A stretch of DNA of 64,000 nucleotides from Bacterioplanoides sp. (GCF_965219715.1 NZ_OZ244785.1:484673-548672), one strand, 5' to 3'; numbered from the stretch's first letter, positions 31,222 to 42,474 are shown. Made by a program: numbers and translations. The notes: generated by a model not told the origin, from the sequence alone.

Positions 31222-31441
31222 CATGACTTAATACGCTTTCCTGACATTCCTGTCTGATATTTCGGCGGTTATCAGGCCAATCACTGGCCTGCTAATGACC
31301 GCCTGCTTTACTAAATTCATACGCATTGCTTAGAAGCGGAGATCGCCTGGTATGAATTTTCCTGTCTTACCCTTTTTAAAAACGTCCTTTACAACGTTGT
31401 TGGCTGTTTGCTCAGGCCAGAAAAAACGGGGGAGCTGAGGT

Positions 31442-33550
31442 ATGTTGCGCAAAATACACTACAAAATAGCCATGGCGGCCGGGCTTTGTATCGTGGTCGC
31501 AGTGGTGACTCTGGCACTGGTGGTGGTCAATCGAAACAACGCGCTGCAACAGCAGGTTATGGCAATGACCTCCCAGGAGCTCAGTCAGAAAGCCGAAAAC
31601 GAGCTGCAGAAGCTGGCGGAAATCCAGGCGGGCAAGGTAATTGAGCCTCTGACCCAGGCGATGGAAGTTACCCGTGGCATCACCAACACCATGAAAAGCT
31701 TTTTGCTTGGTCAACGCCCGGAATTGCTTGATCGGGTTGCATTCAGTGAATACACCCGTGATGTTCTGGTTCAGAATCCGGATTTGATGGGCACATACAT
31801 TGCCTGGGAAGAGGGTGTGGGTGATGGTCGTGATGCGGAATTTATTGGTACCAACCATACCCACGAATCCGGCCAGTTTGCTCCTTACTGGAATCGTTCT
31901 GCCGACGGTAATATCGCCATTCGGCCACTGAACCTGACCAAGGTTTACGATGATGAAGCCAAGGGCAATCCGGGCGGGGTGTCCGATTGGTATTTGTGCC
32001 CAAAGCATGAGAAACGCGATTGTATGGTTGACCCTTATACCTGGGAGGTACAGGGGCAAACCGTGGTTGGCACTTCACTGGTATCCGCCATTTTGGATCG
32101 TAATCGCTTTATTGGTATGACGGGGATCGATATCAGTCTGGGGTTCCTGCAGGGCATCGCACAAAACGGTGACAGCAATTTCTACAACGGTGCTGGCAGC
32201 ATCTTCTTTGTCGCGCCGAATAATATGTTGGGTGCGGCTTCGGATAACTCTGAGCTGGTGGGCAAACCGCTGCCGGGTGATCGTGCCCAGATTATCGCCT
32301 CAGCAATGGCCGACGGTAAGGCTCAGGTGTTGTCTGCGGGAGACCTTTATTACGCCATTGCGCCGATTGTGGTGAAGGGCGTTCCGGAACGCTGGGCTGC
32401 TGTAATCGAAATTGAAAAAGCGGTGGTACTTGCCGGTGTCGCCAAAACCGATCAGGTGGTTACGGCATCATTCGTCAGCACCATTGAGGTGTTTGTATTG
32501 ATTGCTGCCCTGATTGCGGTGCTTTCAGTGGTGGTTATGAGCGTGCTGGCGAAAGGTATTTCTTCACCAATCGAAAATACTGCCCGGGCGCTGGCGCAGC
32601 TGGCTTCCAATGAGGGTGATCTGACCCGTCGTACAGCGTTGAGTCGTGATGATGAAATTGGTGATTTATCGAAATCTATTGATGCTTTCCTTAGTAAAAC
32701 CCACGATATCGTTAAAGACATTGCCGGTGAGATGGATCAGGTGAACAACAGTGTGGATGTGTCAAAACGGCTGTCGGATAACACCAACAAAGGTATGCAA
32801 ACCCAGCGCGAAGAGTTGGAGCTGGTGTCGGTTGCGATCAACGAAATGAGTGCGACTGCGGCTGAAGTAGCGAAGTCTGCTGCGATGACGGCGGAGTCTG
32901 CCGGGTCTGTGCGTGACTCTGTGCATGCCGGTAATCAGAAGGTGGAGCTGAATCTGAATTCTATTCGCGAGCTGGTGGAAGATATGGAGTCGACGGGTTC
33001 TGTGATTCAGCGCTTGTCTGACGACAGTGCCAATATCAGCAATATTGTGAATGTGATTAATGGTATTTCTGAGCAAACCAATTTACTGGCTCTCAACGCT
33101 GCGATTGAGGCGGCGCGTGCAGGCGAGCAGGGGCGTGGTTTTGCGGTGGTTGCCGATGAGGTACGTACATTGGCAGCGAAAACTCAGGAATCCACCGGTG
33201 AGATTCAGTCATTAATCGATACGCTGCAGGCCTGTACCAATGAAGCGGTCAGCTCAATTGATCAGGGCCGTGAGAAATCCGCCCGTTGTATTGAGCAGGC
33301 CCAGGATGCCGTTGCTTCGCTACAAGAGGTGGTGTTATCGATCAGCCAGGTGGACGATATGACCACCCAGATTGCCAGTGCTGCAGAAGAACAGCGCAGT
33401 GTATCGGAAGACATCACCCGCAATGTGAACACCATCAGTGATGTTGCTACAGATGTTGCTAACGGTGCTGAAGAAAGTCAGCGTGAAAGTGCACATATGA
33501 TGGATTCTGTGTTTGCGTTAAAAGAGCAGCTGAATCGCTTCCGCTACTAA
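31442..33550 (+). CDS. Methyl-accepting chemotaxis protein with dCache sensor
   Basis: Two TMs, Cache motifs (FAPYW, DPYTW), HAMP and signalling hairpin [31 protein letters not shown]. Confidence 0.96.
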   Translation: MLRKIHYKIAMAAGLCIVVAVVTLALVVVNRNNALQQQVMAMTSQELSQKAENELQKLAEIQAGKVIEPLTQAMEVTRGITNTMKSFLLGQRPELLDRVAFSEYTRDVLVQNPDLMGTYIAWEEGVGDGRDAEFIGTNHTHESGQFAPYWNRSADGNIAIRPLNLTKVYDDEAKGNPGGVSDWYLCPKHEKRDCMVDPYTWEVQGQTVVGTSLVSAILDRNRFIGMTGIDISLGFLQGIAQNGDSNFYNGAGSIFFVAPNNMLGAASDNSELVGKPLPGDRAQIIASAMADGKAQVLSAGDLYYAIAPIVVKGVPERWAAVIEIEKAVVLAGVAKTDQVVTASFVSTIEVFVLIAALIAVLSVVVMSVLAKGISSPIENTARALAQLASNEGDLTRRTALSRDDEIGDLSKSIDAFLSKTHDIVKDIAGEMDQVNNSVDVSKRLSDNTNKGMQTQREELELVSVAINEMSATAAEVAKSAAMTAESAGSVRDSVHAGNQKVELNLNSIRELVEDMESTGSVIQRLSDDSANISNIVNVINGISEQTNLLALNAAIEAARAGEQGRGFAVVADEVRTLAAKTQESTGEIQSLIDTLQACTNEAVSSIDQGREKSARCIEQAQDAVASLQEVVLSISQVDDMTTQIASAAEEQRSVSEDITRNVNTISDVATDVANGAEESQRESAHMMDSVFALKEQLNRFRY

Positions 33551-33732
33551 AACTTTGCTGCCTGATTTATTCGAATCCGATTGGTCGTCTTTATCGCAGA
33601 ATCTGAGATCCCGGGTCCTTCCGGGATCATGCGAAAAACCTGAATTTGTTATCCGATGCTGGTATAGTTCGCGCCTTTTTACGGCGCTCTGATTCCATCG
33701 CCGACATAATCCAACAGAAGGGACCCGCTCTG

Positions 33733-35310
33733 ATGTTATTGCTGCGCGAATTTATGCAGACTTTTTCTCCCAACCTGAAAAACGACACGCTATCAGGTTT
33801 AACCGTTGCGCTGGCTTTGGTGCCTGAGGCAGTGGCGTTTGCCTTTGTTGCTGGTGTGCATCCGTTAACCGGCTTGTATGCTGCCTTTATGGTGGGTCTG
33901 GTAACGGCTGTTATGGGTGGTCGCCCGGGTATGATTTCCGGTGCAACCGGTGCTCTGGCCGTTGTAATGGTATCCCTGGTGGCCGAGGCCGAACGTGATT
34001 TTGGTTCCGGTATGGGACCGCAATACCTGTTTGCCGCTGTGGTGCTGATGGGGGTGATTCAGATCACTGCCGGTGCATTTAAACTCGGTAAATTCATTCG
34101 TATTGTGCCGTATCCGGTGATGCTGGGTTTCGTAAATGGCCTGGCAATTGTGATCTTTCTGGCCCAGTTACCACAGTTACAATCGGCGACTCCGGGTGGT
34201 AAGTGGGGCTGGACCGACGGCACCTGGTTGGCAGGTTCCGAGCTGTTCATTATGTTGGGCTTAATCGCCTTAACCATGGCGATTACGCATTATCTGCCTA
34301 AGATCACCACTGCATTTCCATCCGCTCTGGCCGGTATTCTGGCGGTGAGTGGTATCGCCTTGTTTGCTGATCTGGATACCAAAACTGTTGGAGATCTGGC
34401 TTCGATTGCCGGTGGCTTGCCAGAGTTTGGTGTACCTAATGTTCCGCTAACCATGGAAACCTTCTGGTTCATCCTGCCTTATTCAGTGATTTTTGCCGCC
34501 ATTGGTTTGATTGAATCTCTGCTGACGGTCACAGTGATTGATGAAATGACCAACACTCGTGGTCGTGGTAACAAAGAATGTGTCGCCCAGGGCAGTGCCA
34601 ACCTGTTAACCGGTTTCTTCGGTGGTATGGGTGGTTGTGCCATGATTGGTCAGAGCATGATTAACGTCAGCTCTGGTGGTCGTGGTCGCTGGTCTGGCAT
34701 CGCAGCAGCATTGTTCCTGCTGAGCTTTATTCTGTTTGCCTCGCCATTGATTGAACAGATTCCGATTGCTGCATTAACCGGCGTGATGTTTATGGTGGTG
34801 ATTGGCACCTTTGAGTGGTCCAGCTTCCGTATGTTGCGCAAAATTCCGAAGCAGGATGCTTTTATTATTGTGCTGGTATCCGGCGTAACGGTTGTGACTG
34901 ACTTGGCGATTGCTGTGATTGTTGGTGTAATTGTGGCGGCTCTGGTGTTTGCCTGGGAGCATGCCAAGCACATCAGTGCCCGCACCATCATTCAGGAAGA
35001 TGGCGCTAAGGTTTATGATCTGTTTGGCCCGCTGTTCTTTGGTTCTGTGTCTGCGTTTAAAGACATCTTTGAGCCGGAAACAGATCCGGATGTGGTGATC
35101 ATCGAGTTTAAGAACTCACGCGTTGCGGATTCTTCAGCGATTGAAGCGATTGACACCATTGCTGAGCGTTACATTGCCGCGGGTAAAGAAGTGCATCTGC
35201 GTCACTTATCTGAAGAGTGTCGACTGTTGCTGAAGAAAGCTGGCAACCTTTGTGATGTTAACGTGATTGAAGATCCTAACTATCGTGTAGCAACGGATAA
35301 GCTGGCTTGA
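33733..35310 (+). CDS. SulP family anion transporter with STAS domain
   Basis: ALALVPEAVAFA, GGRPGMISGATGA and a C-terminal STAS (GPLFFGS); start 33733 or 33754. Confidence 0.93.
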   Translation: MLLLREFMQTFSPNLKNDTLSGLTVALALVPEAVAFAFVAGVHPLTGLYAAFMVGLVTAVMGGRPGMISGATGALAVVMVSLVAEAERDFGSGMGPQYLFAAVVLMGVIQITAGAFKLGKFIRIVPYPVMLGFVNGLAIVIFLAQLPQLQSATPGGKWGWTDGTWLAGSELFIMLGLIALTMAITHYLPKITTAFPSALAGILAVSGIALFADLDTKTVGDLASIAGGLPEFGVPNVPLTMETFWFILPYSVIFAAIGLIESLLTVTVIDEMTNTRGRGNKECVAQGSANLLTGFFGGMGGCAMIGQSMINVSSGGRGRWSGIAAALFLLSFILFASPLIEQIPIAALTGVMFMVVIGTFEWSSFRMLRKIPKQDAFIIVLVSGVTVVTDLAIAVIVGVIVAALVFAWEHAKHISARTIIQEDGAKVYDLFGPLFFGSVSAFKDIFEPETDPDVVIIEFKNSRVADSSAIEAIDTIAERYIAAGKEVHLRHLSEECRLLLKKAGNLCDVNVIEDPNYRVATDKLA

Positions 35311-35608
35311 TACCGCCTGGCTTTATTTTGTAGTTCTGCATAAACAGGCTGTCAGGACTGTTTATGCCACTGGATCGGAGGTACGCCATTGTGCCTCCGA
35401 TTCTAGCGCGTTCGATCATTCCGTACTTCCATATACTTCTCCCAGCGGGCAGCTTCATTGCCCAAAGCTCAATCAGTTTAATATCTTTTTAAAGCGGTAA
35501 CGGCTAAAAGTTGTTGTGCTGGTTGTAGCTATGAAAGGCGTGAGCAGGTTTGCCAAGCGCTATGCGTCCTGCAACAATACGCCTTTGAATTATGAAAGGC
35601 TCACGCCC

Positions 35609-36763
35609 GTGCACATCGTTGCTGACGAAAATATTCCTCTTATCGACGAATTCTTCGCCGATATCGGCCAGATTACCCGGGTTCCGGGACGCACTTTAAC
35701 CAACGACGATATAAAAGACGCGGATGCGTTATTGGTTCGCTCTGTCACTCAGGTTAATGAGTCTTTGTTGGCAGGATCCAAGGTCAAATTTGTTGGTACG
35801 GCAACCATTGGCACCGATCATATTGATGAAGAATACCTTCAGCAGCAGGGTATTGGTTTTAAGAGTGCGCCAGGTTGTAACGCTCAGGCTGTCGTCGATT
35901 ATGTTCTGAGTGCTGTTAGCGTTGTTATTGATGATCGCGGCATTGGTTTCACCGATTTGTCGGTTGCCATTATTGGTATCGGTAACGTTGGCTTGTTATT
36001 GCGCCAGCGACTGGAAGAAATGGGCGTGTCGGTTCTGGCGGTTGACCCGTTTAAGGATCCGGAAACTGTTGGCGATCTGGTTTCGCTGGATGAGGCGTTA
36101 ACGGCTGACGTTATTTCTCTGCATACACCGTTGACTACCGAAGGCGAACACGCCACATATCATCTGATTAATGAACAGCGCCTGCAGCAAATGAAACCGG
36201 ATGCATGCCTGATCAATAGTTGCCGTGGTGCGGTTGTCGACAATAAGGCGTTGTTAGCTCACCTGGATGGCAATAACGAATTCGAAGCCATTATGGATGT
36301 CTGGGAAAATGAGCCGGAGCTCGATATTGAGCTGATGCATCGCGTGATGCTTGCAACACCACACATTGCCGGGTATTCGTTGGATGGCAAAATGCGTGGC
36401 ACTGAATTTGTGTATCAGGGGCTGAGTGAATTTTTTGGTCTGCCAGTGCGCCGTAAACTGGCTCAGTTTCTACCTGAGCCGGGTATCAAAATGGTAGCCT
36501 TCACCGATCAGGTGCCGAAGTTTCAGGCGTTGCGGACCGCCATTCGCGCTGCTTATGAAATTCGGGTAGATGATGGTGTGATGCGTTCCGCCATGATTCG
36601 TGCAGATAAAGCCGGAGAGGGATTGCGTGAGACGTTCGATCGTCTGCGCAAGAACTATCCGCTGCGTCGTGATATACCAAGGCTTAAAGTGAATGTTCCG
36701 GCTAAGTGTCATAAATTGCAGGACACGTTAAAAGCCGCTGGCTTCGATGTCAGAACCAAATAA
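35609..36763 (+). CDS. pdxB: Erythronate-4-phosphate dehydrogenase
   Basis: HIVADENIP, LLVRSVT, GTATIGTDH and TPHIAGYS; GTG start at 35609. Confidence 0.95.
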   Translation: MHIVADENIPLIDEFFADIGQITRVPGRTLTNDDIKDADALLVRSVTQVNESLLAGSKVKFVGTATIGTDHIDEEYLQQQGIGFKSAPGCNAQAVVDYVLSAVSVVIDDRGIGFTDLSVAIIGIGNVGLLLRQRLEEMGVSVLAVDPFKDPETVGDLVSLDEALTADVISLHTPLTTEGEHATYHLINEQRLQQMKPDACLINSCRGAVVDNKALLAHLDGNNEFEAIMDVWENEPELDIELMHRVMLATPHIAGYSLDGKMRGTEFVYQGLSEFFGLPVRRKLAQFLPEPGIKMVAFTDQVPKFQALRTAIRAAYEIRVDDGVMRSAMIRADKAGEGLRETFDRLRKNYPLRRDIPRLKVNVPAKCHKLQDTLKAAGFDVRTK

Positions 36764-36796
36764 AAAAACGGGGACTGAAAAGTCCCCGTTTTTTTT
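36762..36796. terminator. Bidirectional intrinsic terminator
   Basis: AAAAAAACGGGGACT-GAAA-AGTCCCCGTTTTTTT. Confidence 0.9.
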
Positions 36797-36803
36797 GTTC
36801 AGG

Positions 36804-37814
36804 TCAGTTAAGCACTACCGGTTTATCCTGATAATTGAGGGATACCTTATCACCAATTTTCACCGCGGGCAGTTCATCACACTCTGCTTGCCAGTTGTCG
36901 ATGTCCAGCTCTGGAAATTCAATTGAGATTAAATGGCCGCGCCCGGTAAATTGAATATCATTGATCACACCACAACCGTTTTCGGCCGGATGAACTGACA
37001 GACGATGGCGTTTGAATAACGCGGTGCCAGATTCGCGTTCAGTATTTCGCTGGGAAGTTGGCAAAATATGATTAAGGTGTTGCTCGGGGCATAAATTGCC
37101 GGCTTCCATAAAGCGTGCAACCTCGAGATTTTCTGGCTCGTTAAATACGTTGGCCGGAGTGTCACTCTGTTGCAGTGCTCCATTAATCATCACAGCGGTT
37201 TTATCGGCAAAAGCAAACGCTTCGTCTTTGGCATGAGTAACAAATATTACACTGATGCCTGCTTGCTTCAGCAGTGCACGCAGCTCAGCCATCATTCGTC
37301 GTTTAACCTGGGTATCAACGTTTGAAAATGGCTCGTCCATTAGCAGCAATTTGGGTTTATTGGCCAGTGCTCGGGCCAGTGCAATTCGTTGTTGTTGGCC
37401 GCCGGATAATTCGTGGGGATAACGATTTTCCAGAGTTGATAGTTCCACCAGTGACAGCACGTCGCGGATTCGCTGCTGTTGTTCGCTATTGGATAGCGAC
37501 GTCAGACCGTAAGCAATGTTTTTTGCCACGGTCATGTGTGGGAATAACGCATAATCCTGAAAAATAAAACCAATCTGGCGTTGTTGTGGTGGCAGATTAA
37601 AGCGGCCGTCGACAACCGTATTGCCGAATAACTCGATTTTGCCGCTGTCGGATTGATGCAAACCGGCGATGGTTTTTAATGCCGTGGTCTTGCCGCAGCC
37701 ACTGGGACCAAGTAAACAAAGAATGTCACCTTGTTCCAGCTCCAGATTGAAATCTTTCAGCACCTGAGTTTGAGCAAACGACAGGTTCAGGTTGTGTGCG
37801 CTCAGAGCTTTCAT
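36804..37814 (-). CDS. fbpC: Fe3+ ABC transporter ATP-binding subunit
   Basis: Walker A GPSGCGKT and LSGGQQQR; operonic with fbpAB. Confidence 0.88.
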   Translation of the reverse strand: MKALSAHNLNLSFAQTQVLKDFNLELEQGDILCLLGPSGCGKTTALKTIAGLHQSDSGKIELFGNTVVDGRFNLPPQQRQIGFIFQDYALFPHMTVAKNIAYGLTSLSNSEQQQRIRDVLSLVELSTLENRYPHELSGGQQQRIALARALANKPKLLLMDEPFSNVDTQVKRRMMAELRALLKQAGISVIFVTHAKDEAFAFADKTAVMINGALQQSDTPANVFNEPENLEVARFMEAGNLCPEQHLNHILPTSQRNTERESGTALFKRHRLSVHPAENGCGVINDIQFTGRGHLISIEFPELDIDNWQAECDELPAVKIGDKVSLNYQDKPVVLN

Positions 37815-37816
37815 AA

Positions 37817-39532
37817 TTAATCCATTTTCTGGGTTCGGGATAATAAAGCGATAGGCAGCAGGCTGACGGCGACAATTAACAGAGCGCCCAGAGCTGCATG
37901 TTCCAGATGTTCATCCGAGGCATATTGAAAAACAAAGGTAGCCAGCGTTTCGAAATCAAACGGTCTTAACAGCAGGGATGCCGGGAGTTCTTTGACGCAT
38001 TCAATAAATACCAGCAACAATGCGGAAACAACTGCTGGTTTTAACAGAGGCCAGTGAATTTTCTGAAACGTTCGACCCCGGCTGGCGCCAAGTATTTGTG
38101 AGGCGGAATCGAGGTTTACCGGCATATGTTGGTAAGCCGCCTGGACGCTGCCATTGGAGATTGCAGCAAAACGAATTACAAAAGCCAGAATTAACGCAAA
38201 GCTGGTGCCTGAAAAAATCAAACCAACACGATCCATTTCCCAGCTGATTAATAACCGGTTGAGCCATAGGTCGGCCTGGGTGAGTGGAATTAATAAGCCA
38301 ATGGCTAATACAGTTCCGGGCAGGGCGTATCCGAGAGACGACATCGCCAGCATGTTTCGGTTAATCGGAACTGGTTGAAAACGAACCTGGCTGTTGAACA
38401 GTAAAGCAATCAGGGTGGCGATGAATGCTGCACTGGCTGCGAGAACAAAAGTGCTCTGACTGTGCTGCCAAAGATTACCGCTGAGGTTTTCCGAAAAATA
38501 CGTTGTGGTATAGCCGATAAGAGTTATCACCGGATAAATAAATCCGGCAATCACAATCAAGCCACAAACGCTCCAGATTAACGCGGTTCTTTTAACTCCG
38601 GCAGCTTGTTTGGTTGCTTCCAGTTTCTGGTTACGACCTTCGAAAAATTGCTGACGGCGTCGATTATATTTTTCTGCGCTGACAAGTACTACAACAAACA
38701 ACAACATCAGACAGGAAATTTTAGCGGCCGTTGTCAGGCTGCCATACACCAGCCAGCTGTCATAAATTGCGGTGGTGAGTGTGCTGATGGCGAATAAATG
38801 AACGGTGCCATAATCCGCCAACGATTCCATCGCCACAAGGGTGCAGCCAATCGCGAGTGCCGGACGAACCAGAGGTAACTCAATTGAGAAAAATACACGA
38901 TGGCGGCTGGCTCCCATTAACTTAGCCGCGTTTGCCAGATTTTCTGAGCGACGACTGAATGCGTTGCGCAGCAATAAATAAATATACGGGTAGAGCGCCA
39001 GGGCCAGCATCATGCTGGCGCCCCAGCGGCTGCGTATATCCGGAAACCAATAGTCCTGGGGTGATTGCCAGGAAAACGTTGCCCGTAAGGCATTCTGGAT
39101 TGGGCCCGCGTAATCAAATAATTCGGTGTAAATATAGGCTGATATATAAGCCGGTATTGCTAATGGGAACACCAGTGCCCACTGGAGCAGGCGTCGACCT
39201 TTAAATTCGTAATGAGAGCACCACCAGGCCGGGAGTATCGCCAGCATCGCGGCAAAAATAACGGCACCAGCGACCACGAGTATGCTGTTAAGTGTGTAGC
39301 TGATTAATACCGTATCTGCGAGTTCAGCAAAAGTGCTGTCGGCTTCGGAGCGCCCTAGGTCGATCAAAGATTCCAGCACCAGGGCAACGACTGGCATAAA
39401 TAACAGCAAGCTGATGAGTAAGCTGGATGGACGTTGCAATTTTGCCAACAGAGCGCTGAAAACATAAACGCCAGAGCCCGCAATTTGCGGGCTCTGTTCA
39501 GATTCGCTGGCTGGTATCGATGCCGATTTCAT
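37817..39532 (-). CDS. fbpB: Fe3+ ABC transporter permease
   Basis: Duplicated permease halves (PLAIPAYI, ESLADYG, VKELPA). Confidence 0.9.
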   Translation of the reverse strand: MKSASIPASESEQSPQIAGSGVYVFSALLAKLQRPSSLLISLLLFMPVVALVLESLIDLGRSEADSTFAELADTVLISYTLNSILVVAGAVIFAAMLAILPAWWCSHYEFKGRRLLQWALVFPLAIPAYISAYIYTELFDYAGPIQNALRATFSWQSPQDYWFPDIRSRWGASMMLALALYPYIYLLLRNAFSRRSENLANAAKLMGASRHRVFFSIELPLVRPALAIGCTLVAMESLADYGTVHLFAISTLTTAIYDSWLVYGSLTTAAKISCLMLLFVVVLVSAEKYNRRRQQFFEGRNQKLEATKQAAGVKRTALIWSVCGLIVIAGFIYPVITLIGYTTTYFSENLSGNLWQHSQSTFVLAASAAFIATLIALLFNSQVRFQPVPINRNMLAMSSLGYALPGTVLAIGLLIPLTQADLWLNRLLISWEMDRVGLIFSGTSFALILAFVIRFAAISNGSVQAAYQHMPVNLDSASQILGASRGRTFQKIHWPLLKPAVVSALLLVFIECVKELPASLLLRPFDFETLATFVFQYASDEHLEHAALGALLIVAVSLLPIALLSRTQKMD

Positions 39533-39593
39533 ACATTTGCGATGTCAGAGGAAAACGCGATTATATGTCGAAACGATACCAGACCGAAATGAA

Positions 39594-40607
39594 TTACAGG
39601 TCAAAACCAACTTTATCAACCAGCTTAAGTGCGGCTTTGCGATTTTCTGCAATCTTAACCAGTGGCAGCTCGTCAGCTTTGAATTCGCCCCAGCTTTGTA
39701 CCAGTTCGGATGCAGGCACGCCTGGTTTTACCGGGTATTCCATGTTCAGTTCGGCGTACAGTTTTTGTGCCTTGTCACCCGATAAAAAGTTCAGCAGCTG
39801 CTGTGCTTCTGCTTTATGAGGTGCGTGTGCAGCAATAACAGCGCCTGACACATTGATGTGAGAACCGCGGTTGGTCTGATTCGGGAAGTTCAGATTGACG
39901 GCATTGGCCCAGGCAATCTGGTTCTTGTCCTGCAGCATTTTGCCCAGGTAGTAGCTGTTGCCCAGTGAAACATCGCACAGACCTTCTTTAATGGCTTTAA
40001 CTTGCGCGCGGTCATTACCTTGTGGCTTGCGTGCCAGATTGGCTTTAACACCACGTAACCAGGTTTCGGTTTCTGCTTCGCCGTGGTGAGCAATCATCGA
40101 TGCAATCAAACCCAGGTTGTATGGGTGCTTACCACTGCGGGTGCAGATCTTGCCTTTAAAATCGGCTTTCGCGAGATCTTCATACTGGATTTTGCTCTGG
40201 TCGCCGGCGCGTTCTTTTGACGAGTAAACGTTACGAACGCGTTGTGTGAGTGCCAGCCATTGATTGCCAGTATCGCGGAATTTGGCCGGGACATTTTTTT
40301 CCAGTTCAGTGCTCAGCTCGTAAGGCTGAGTCAGATTTTCGTCTTTCAGCTGTAACAATTTGGAAAAATTAGACGTTAAAACAATGTCTGCCGGAGATAA
40401 TTCACCTTCACGCTTCAGGCGTTGAATCAGCCCTTTTTTAGCAAAGATGACTTTGGTTTTGATGCCGGTTTCAGCAGTGAACTCTTTCAGGATAGGTTCG
40501 ATCAGGAAAGGCTGGCGAAAAGAATAGATATTTACCTGATCAGCAGCCGCAGCAGGTAGAGAAAGTGTGGCTGTGAGACCCGCGGCTACAAAAGAAGCGA
40601 AACGCAT
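39594..40607 (-). CDS. fbpA: Fe3+ ABC transporter substrate-binding protein (FbpA/FutA)
   Basis: VNIYSFRQPFLI, GNDRAQVKAI and NSYY tyrosine pair; ATG at 40607 after GGAG. Confidence 0.92.
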   Translation of the reverse strand: MRFASFVAAGLTATLSLPAAAADQVNIYSFRQPFLIEPILKEFTAETGIKTKVIFAKKGLIQRLKREGELSPADIVLTSNFSKLLQLKDENLTQPYELSTELEKNVPAKFRDTGNQWLALTQRVRNVYSSKERAGDQSKIQYEDLAKADFKGKICTRSGKHPYNLGLIASMIAHHGEAETETWLRGVKANLARKPQGNDRAQVKAIKEGLCDVSLGNSYYLGKMLQDKNQIAWANAVNLNFPNQTNRGSHINVSGAVIAAHAPHKAEAQQLLNFLSGDKAQKLYAELNMEYPVKPGVPASELVQSWGEFKADELPLVKIAENRKAALKLVDKVGFDL

Positions 40608-40628
40608 TGGAGGCTCCAAAAAGTCCTG

Positions 40629-40647
40629 AATGAGAAGGATTCTTATT
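40629..40647. promoter_or_regulatory. Fur box upstream of fbpA
   Basis: AATGAGAAGGATTCTTATT near-palindrome 22 bp upstream of the start. Confidence 0.7.
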
Positions 40648-40736
40648 TTACACAAAAGTGACAAAGCTGCAGCTTTTTTGTGGGTAATTAAGTGTAAAAG
40701 AAACGGTGTTTATCCAATCGGTTGAGGGTTCTGTAA

Positions 40737-41129
40737 TTACAAAAACAGGAAGTGGTCGCGCAATACATGGCCTAGTAAAATAGAGTCGCCCTGCAGGCGG
40801 GCGTACTCAATAGCGTCGAGAATCGTAGCGCCTTCGTTGCGTGGATCCGGCTTTAATAAACGCGAGAAGGATTTGCTGGTCAGGACGAATTCGTCCACTG
40901 ATTTTTGGCCATCCATTTCACTGAAACGAATAAAGCCTTCATCTTTCAGCCAGATGACCGCACCAAAAGCCGACTGGTGGCGCGGTGAGTGCAGGCCAAA
41001 TTCATCAACATCATCGGGTCCGGAAATATCTTCGACAAACAGGGTTTGTGCACGTGGAAACTGACGAAAGCCTTGCAGCAATACCACGGCACAATCTTTA
41101 TAAAAATCGTCGATATGGACGTCGAGCAC
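40737..41129 (-). CDS. Conserved hypothetical protein
   Basis: 130-aa ORF with typical composition, 24 bp downstream of alaA. Confidence 0.75.
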   Translation of the reverse strand: MLDVHIDDFYKDCAVVLLQGFRQFPRAQTLFVEDISGPDDVDEFGLHSPRHQSAFGAVIWLKDEGFIRFSEMDGQKSVDEFVLTSKSFSRLLKPDPRNEGATILDAIEYARLQGDSILLGHVLRDHFLFL

Positions 41130-41153
41130 GATAGTTCCCTTATCCGTTTCAGT

Positions 41154-42371
41154 TTACAGCTGGCGGTAGCCGTTGAAGAAAATTTCCATACGTTCCATGG
41201 CCGCAGTCAGGTCTTCCGGACGTGGCAGGAACACAACACGGAAATGATCCGGGTAGGCCCAGTTAAAGGCAGTGCCGTGAACGATCAGAATTTTTTGTTG
41301 CTCTAATAAGTCGAGCACCATGCGTTCATCATTACGGATGTTGAATTTTTTGGTGTCCATTTTCGGGAAGCAATACAGCGCCCCTTTAGGTTTCACACAG
41401 CTGATGCCATCAATATTGTTCAGTGCTTCCCAGGCAATATCGCGTTGCTGGCAAATACGACCGCCCGGAGCAACCAGGTCGTCGATGCTCTGATAGCCAC
41501 CTAAAGCGGTTTGAATCGCATGCATGGCGGGTACGTTGGAGCACAGTCGCATCGAAGCCAGCATTTCCAGGCCTTCGATGTAATCTCTAGCCAGGTGTTT
41601 GGCACCACTGATGATCATCCAGCCTGCGCGGAAGCCGGCCAGGCGGTAATTTTTAGATAAACCATTAAAGGTGATGATCAGTAGGTCATCTGCAAGTGAT
41701 GCGGTTGATGTATGGGTTTCGCCATCAAACAGGATCTTGTCGTAAATCTCATCCGAGAACACGATCAGATTATGCTGACGGGCAATTTCCAGCATCTGCT
41801 TCAGCATCTCATCGGAATACACCGCACCGGTTGGATTGTTTGGATTAATCAGCACCATCGCGCGGGTTTTATCTGTGATTTTTGCGCGCATATCATCAAG
41901 GTCCGGGAACCAGTCGGAGCCTTCATCGCAGGTGTAGTGAACGGCTTTGCCGCCAGCCAGGCTGACTGCGCCTGTCCACAATGGATAGTCCGGCGAAGGT
42001 ACTAATACCTCATCGCCATTGTTCAGCAAGCCTTGCATGCACATCACAATCAGCTCGCTGACGCCATTACCAACGATGATGTCTTCAATGGCAACGTTGG
42101 CAATATTCTTCTGCTGAGCGTATTGCATAATCGCTTTACGGGCAGAAAATAAGCCTTTGGAATCGCTGTAGCCTTCTGAATCCGGCAGGTTATAAATCAC
42201 GTCCTGGATGATTTCTTCCGGCGCATCGAGGCCAAACGGTTTTGGGTTGCCGATATTCAGTTTCAGGATTCGGTGGCCATCTTCTTCGAGTTTTTTGGCG
42301 GCATGCAGAACGGGTCCACGAATGTCGTAAAACACATTGGCCAGTTTGTTGGACTTCTTAATTTCCTGCAT
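41154..42371 (-). CDS. alaA: PLP-dependent alanine aminotransferase
   Basis: YDIRGPV, LNIGNP, INPNNPTG, DEIYDK and GLSKNYRLAGFR. Confidence 0.92.
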   Translation of the reverse strand: MQEIKKSNKLANVFYDIRGPVLHAAKKLEEDGHRILKLNIGNPKPFGLDAPEEIIQDVIYNLPDSEGYSDSKGLFSARKAIMQYAQQKNIANVAIEDIIVGNGVSELIVMCMQGLLNNGDEVLVPSPDYPLWTGAVSLAGGKAVHYTCDEGSDWFPDLDDMRAKITDKTRAMVLINPNNPTGAVYSDEMLKQMLEIARQHNLIVFSDEIYDKILFDGETHTSTASLADDLLIITFNGLSKNYRLAGFRAGWMIISGAKHLARDYIEGLEMLASMRLCSNVPAMHAIQTALGGYQSIDDLVAPGGRICQQRDIAWEALNNIDGISCVKPKGALYCFPKMDTKKFNIRNDERMVLDLLEQQKILIVHGTAFNWAYPDHFRVVFLPRPEDLTAAMERMEIFFNGYRQL

Positions 42372-42474
42372 GGAACCGCATTGCCTCGTTAAGCTCTAAA
42401 AGATTGAAATAGCTTCAAAAAATCGAAAGGAAGCATGATACTCCTACCGAGGCAGGTACGAAATAGGGCATATC

